DNA from: Vicugna vicugna
Lineage: Eukaryota
Reading direction: 5' to 3'
Length of the DNA: 64,000 nt
Assembly (NCBI GenBank): GCA_013265495.1
Contig: MU057796.1
Coordinates: forward strand, 248,001 to 312,000
In this document: positions 62,681 to 64,000 of the stretch, one piece after another
Position numbering within the stretch: the stretch's first letter is position 1
How the letters are laid out: every line of letters starts with the position of its first letter
Translations under genes and position numbers: made by a program
Notes under the pieces: model-generated
Databases searched by the model: none
Told to the model about the DNA's origin: nothing
The model's input: the letters and a program-made list of their open reading frames with translations, nothing else

Positions 62681-64000
62681 GTAAGGAAGGAATTTTATTC
62701 AAAATAAAGCACAACAAAAATAACTAGTGCTATGGTCATAGGAAGACATGGCCTTTTAAAATGGGCTCTTCTTAATCCAAAATCTTCCACTTATAGTCTA
62801 TTAACCAACTCATGGGCACATTAAAATTCATGTAATAGAAATTAATAATCCATTCATAACCAGCCATATCATTTTGCCTTAACGCTTTACATGAACACTC
62901 TTTTCTCTTACAGTGTAGTTAATTCCTAGAAATATAAATACTCATAAGGCAGACTAACCCTGGACTATTGTTCAAACATCTTTTACGTTAACAGGAATAA
63001 AAGTCAAATGAGCAGGTAAGAATTTAACAAGTGAAATAAAGTCTTGATTAGCAGCTTCAAATAGCAAGCACCAACAAAACAAGGGGACTTTGATGTTTAT
63101 CTTTTTAAAATTAATTTTTCTTTCGTTTAGCTAACTGTAGATTCACTGACTATCATTTTCATCATCTGGAGCTGTATTTGTCGTTCTGTGCTTCCAGGGA
63201 GAAGGATTATATTAGAAGTCTGTCTCAAAGTCTAAGCAAAGTATTAGACAGAGACTTGTATTCTTCAGCTTGCTCCTCACTTGACTTCCTCACAAACACC
63301 ACTGAGTATCTGTGGAGTGATTGTTGAGTACCGACCTCACACGTGACCTCAGACAATCAATTCTGTCATCTATTTAAACACAAGAAGAATGGTAGATCTT
63401 CAAGCCAACGGAATTGCTTAATTGCCTAGGTATCATGGCAATAACAATTCTGTAGAGAAAGTGCCAGAGATAATTGGACATCATAACATTTGGCAATGGA
63501 AATGCTGGTCTGGAAGGCTCTTTCTCAGTGAGTGCCTTGGGGATCTGTTTCCAGCCAGCTCTCCTGTTAAATGTGCTGTGATACCACTCAAGAAACGAGG
63601 AAATGTGGTTGGCAGTGGAATCATCAGCTCCCTGACTGCACTCAGCTATTTATCTCCCTTTGTCAGAGTGGATGGTGGCAGATTTTGGTGTCTGGTCAAT
63701 TGAGGCTCTGAATCAGTGAACTGGCAGGACTTGTGATGGACAATCAGTGATGATAGCCACCTGAGGGAAATCCTCAGCTGACTTAAGGAGGCCTCACACT
63801 TTGTGGAAGGATCTGTAATCGCACTTTGTAATTTGTACAATTTTAACAGATATTTCTCCTTAGAAAAAGATAAAAGTTTTTAAAGGATTCCAAATTAAAC
63901 CCTTCTCCTAGCTCCATATATATATATATATTTTGTTTTCAGATCAAATAAGAAAATCCAACAGTGAGAATATTTCATTTCCAAAATAATGTGTTTTCAA

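Noticed and set aside
1..64000. CRISPR array, operon or other prokaryote-style system
   Set aside because: The sequence is mammalian, with no repeat-spacer periodicity and no long ORFs.

Overview
Mammalian genomic DNA, very likely camelid: it has a tRNA-derived Vic-1-type SINE, and I saw no Alu, B1, Bov-tA/BovB, PRE or Can-SINE. The window is mostly non-coding and rich in interspersed repeats. The main landmarks are (1) a CpG-island promoter at ~5.05-5.75 kb with a 63-N gap inside a GC-box array, probably driving a leftward (minus-strand) gene; (2) the probable 3' end of a second minus-strand gene that I cannot name, with a terminal coding exon at 13788-13849 (GFFLLNDLDQDVSLDELKQY*), a ~1 kb 3' UTR, and a candidate upstream or alternative exon with a perfect TACTAAC branch point at 21180-21243; (3) an ~8.1 kb decayed full-length L1 with intact target-site duplications, tandem 5' monomers and two consecutive 3' ends; and (4) many L1, L2, CR1, MIR, MaLR/ERVL LTR and DNA-transposon fossils. 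I found no convincing exon between ~21.3 and 64 kb, which looks like a large intron. Almost all ORFs in the track are spurious or repeat-derived. I found no clearly novel multi-gene system. The best leads are the alternative exon architecture, the chimeric L1, the clustered L1 truncation points, the LTR-adjacent splice donor and a phased E-box cluster. Repeat family names come from recalled consensus sequences, not from a search.
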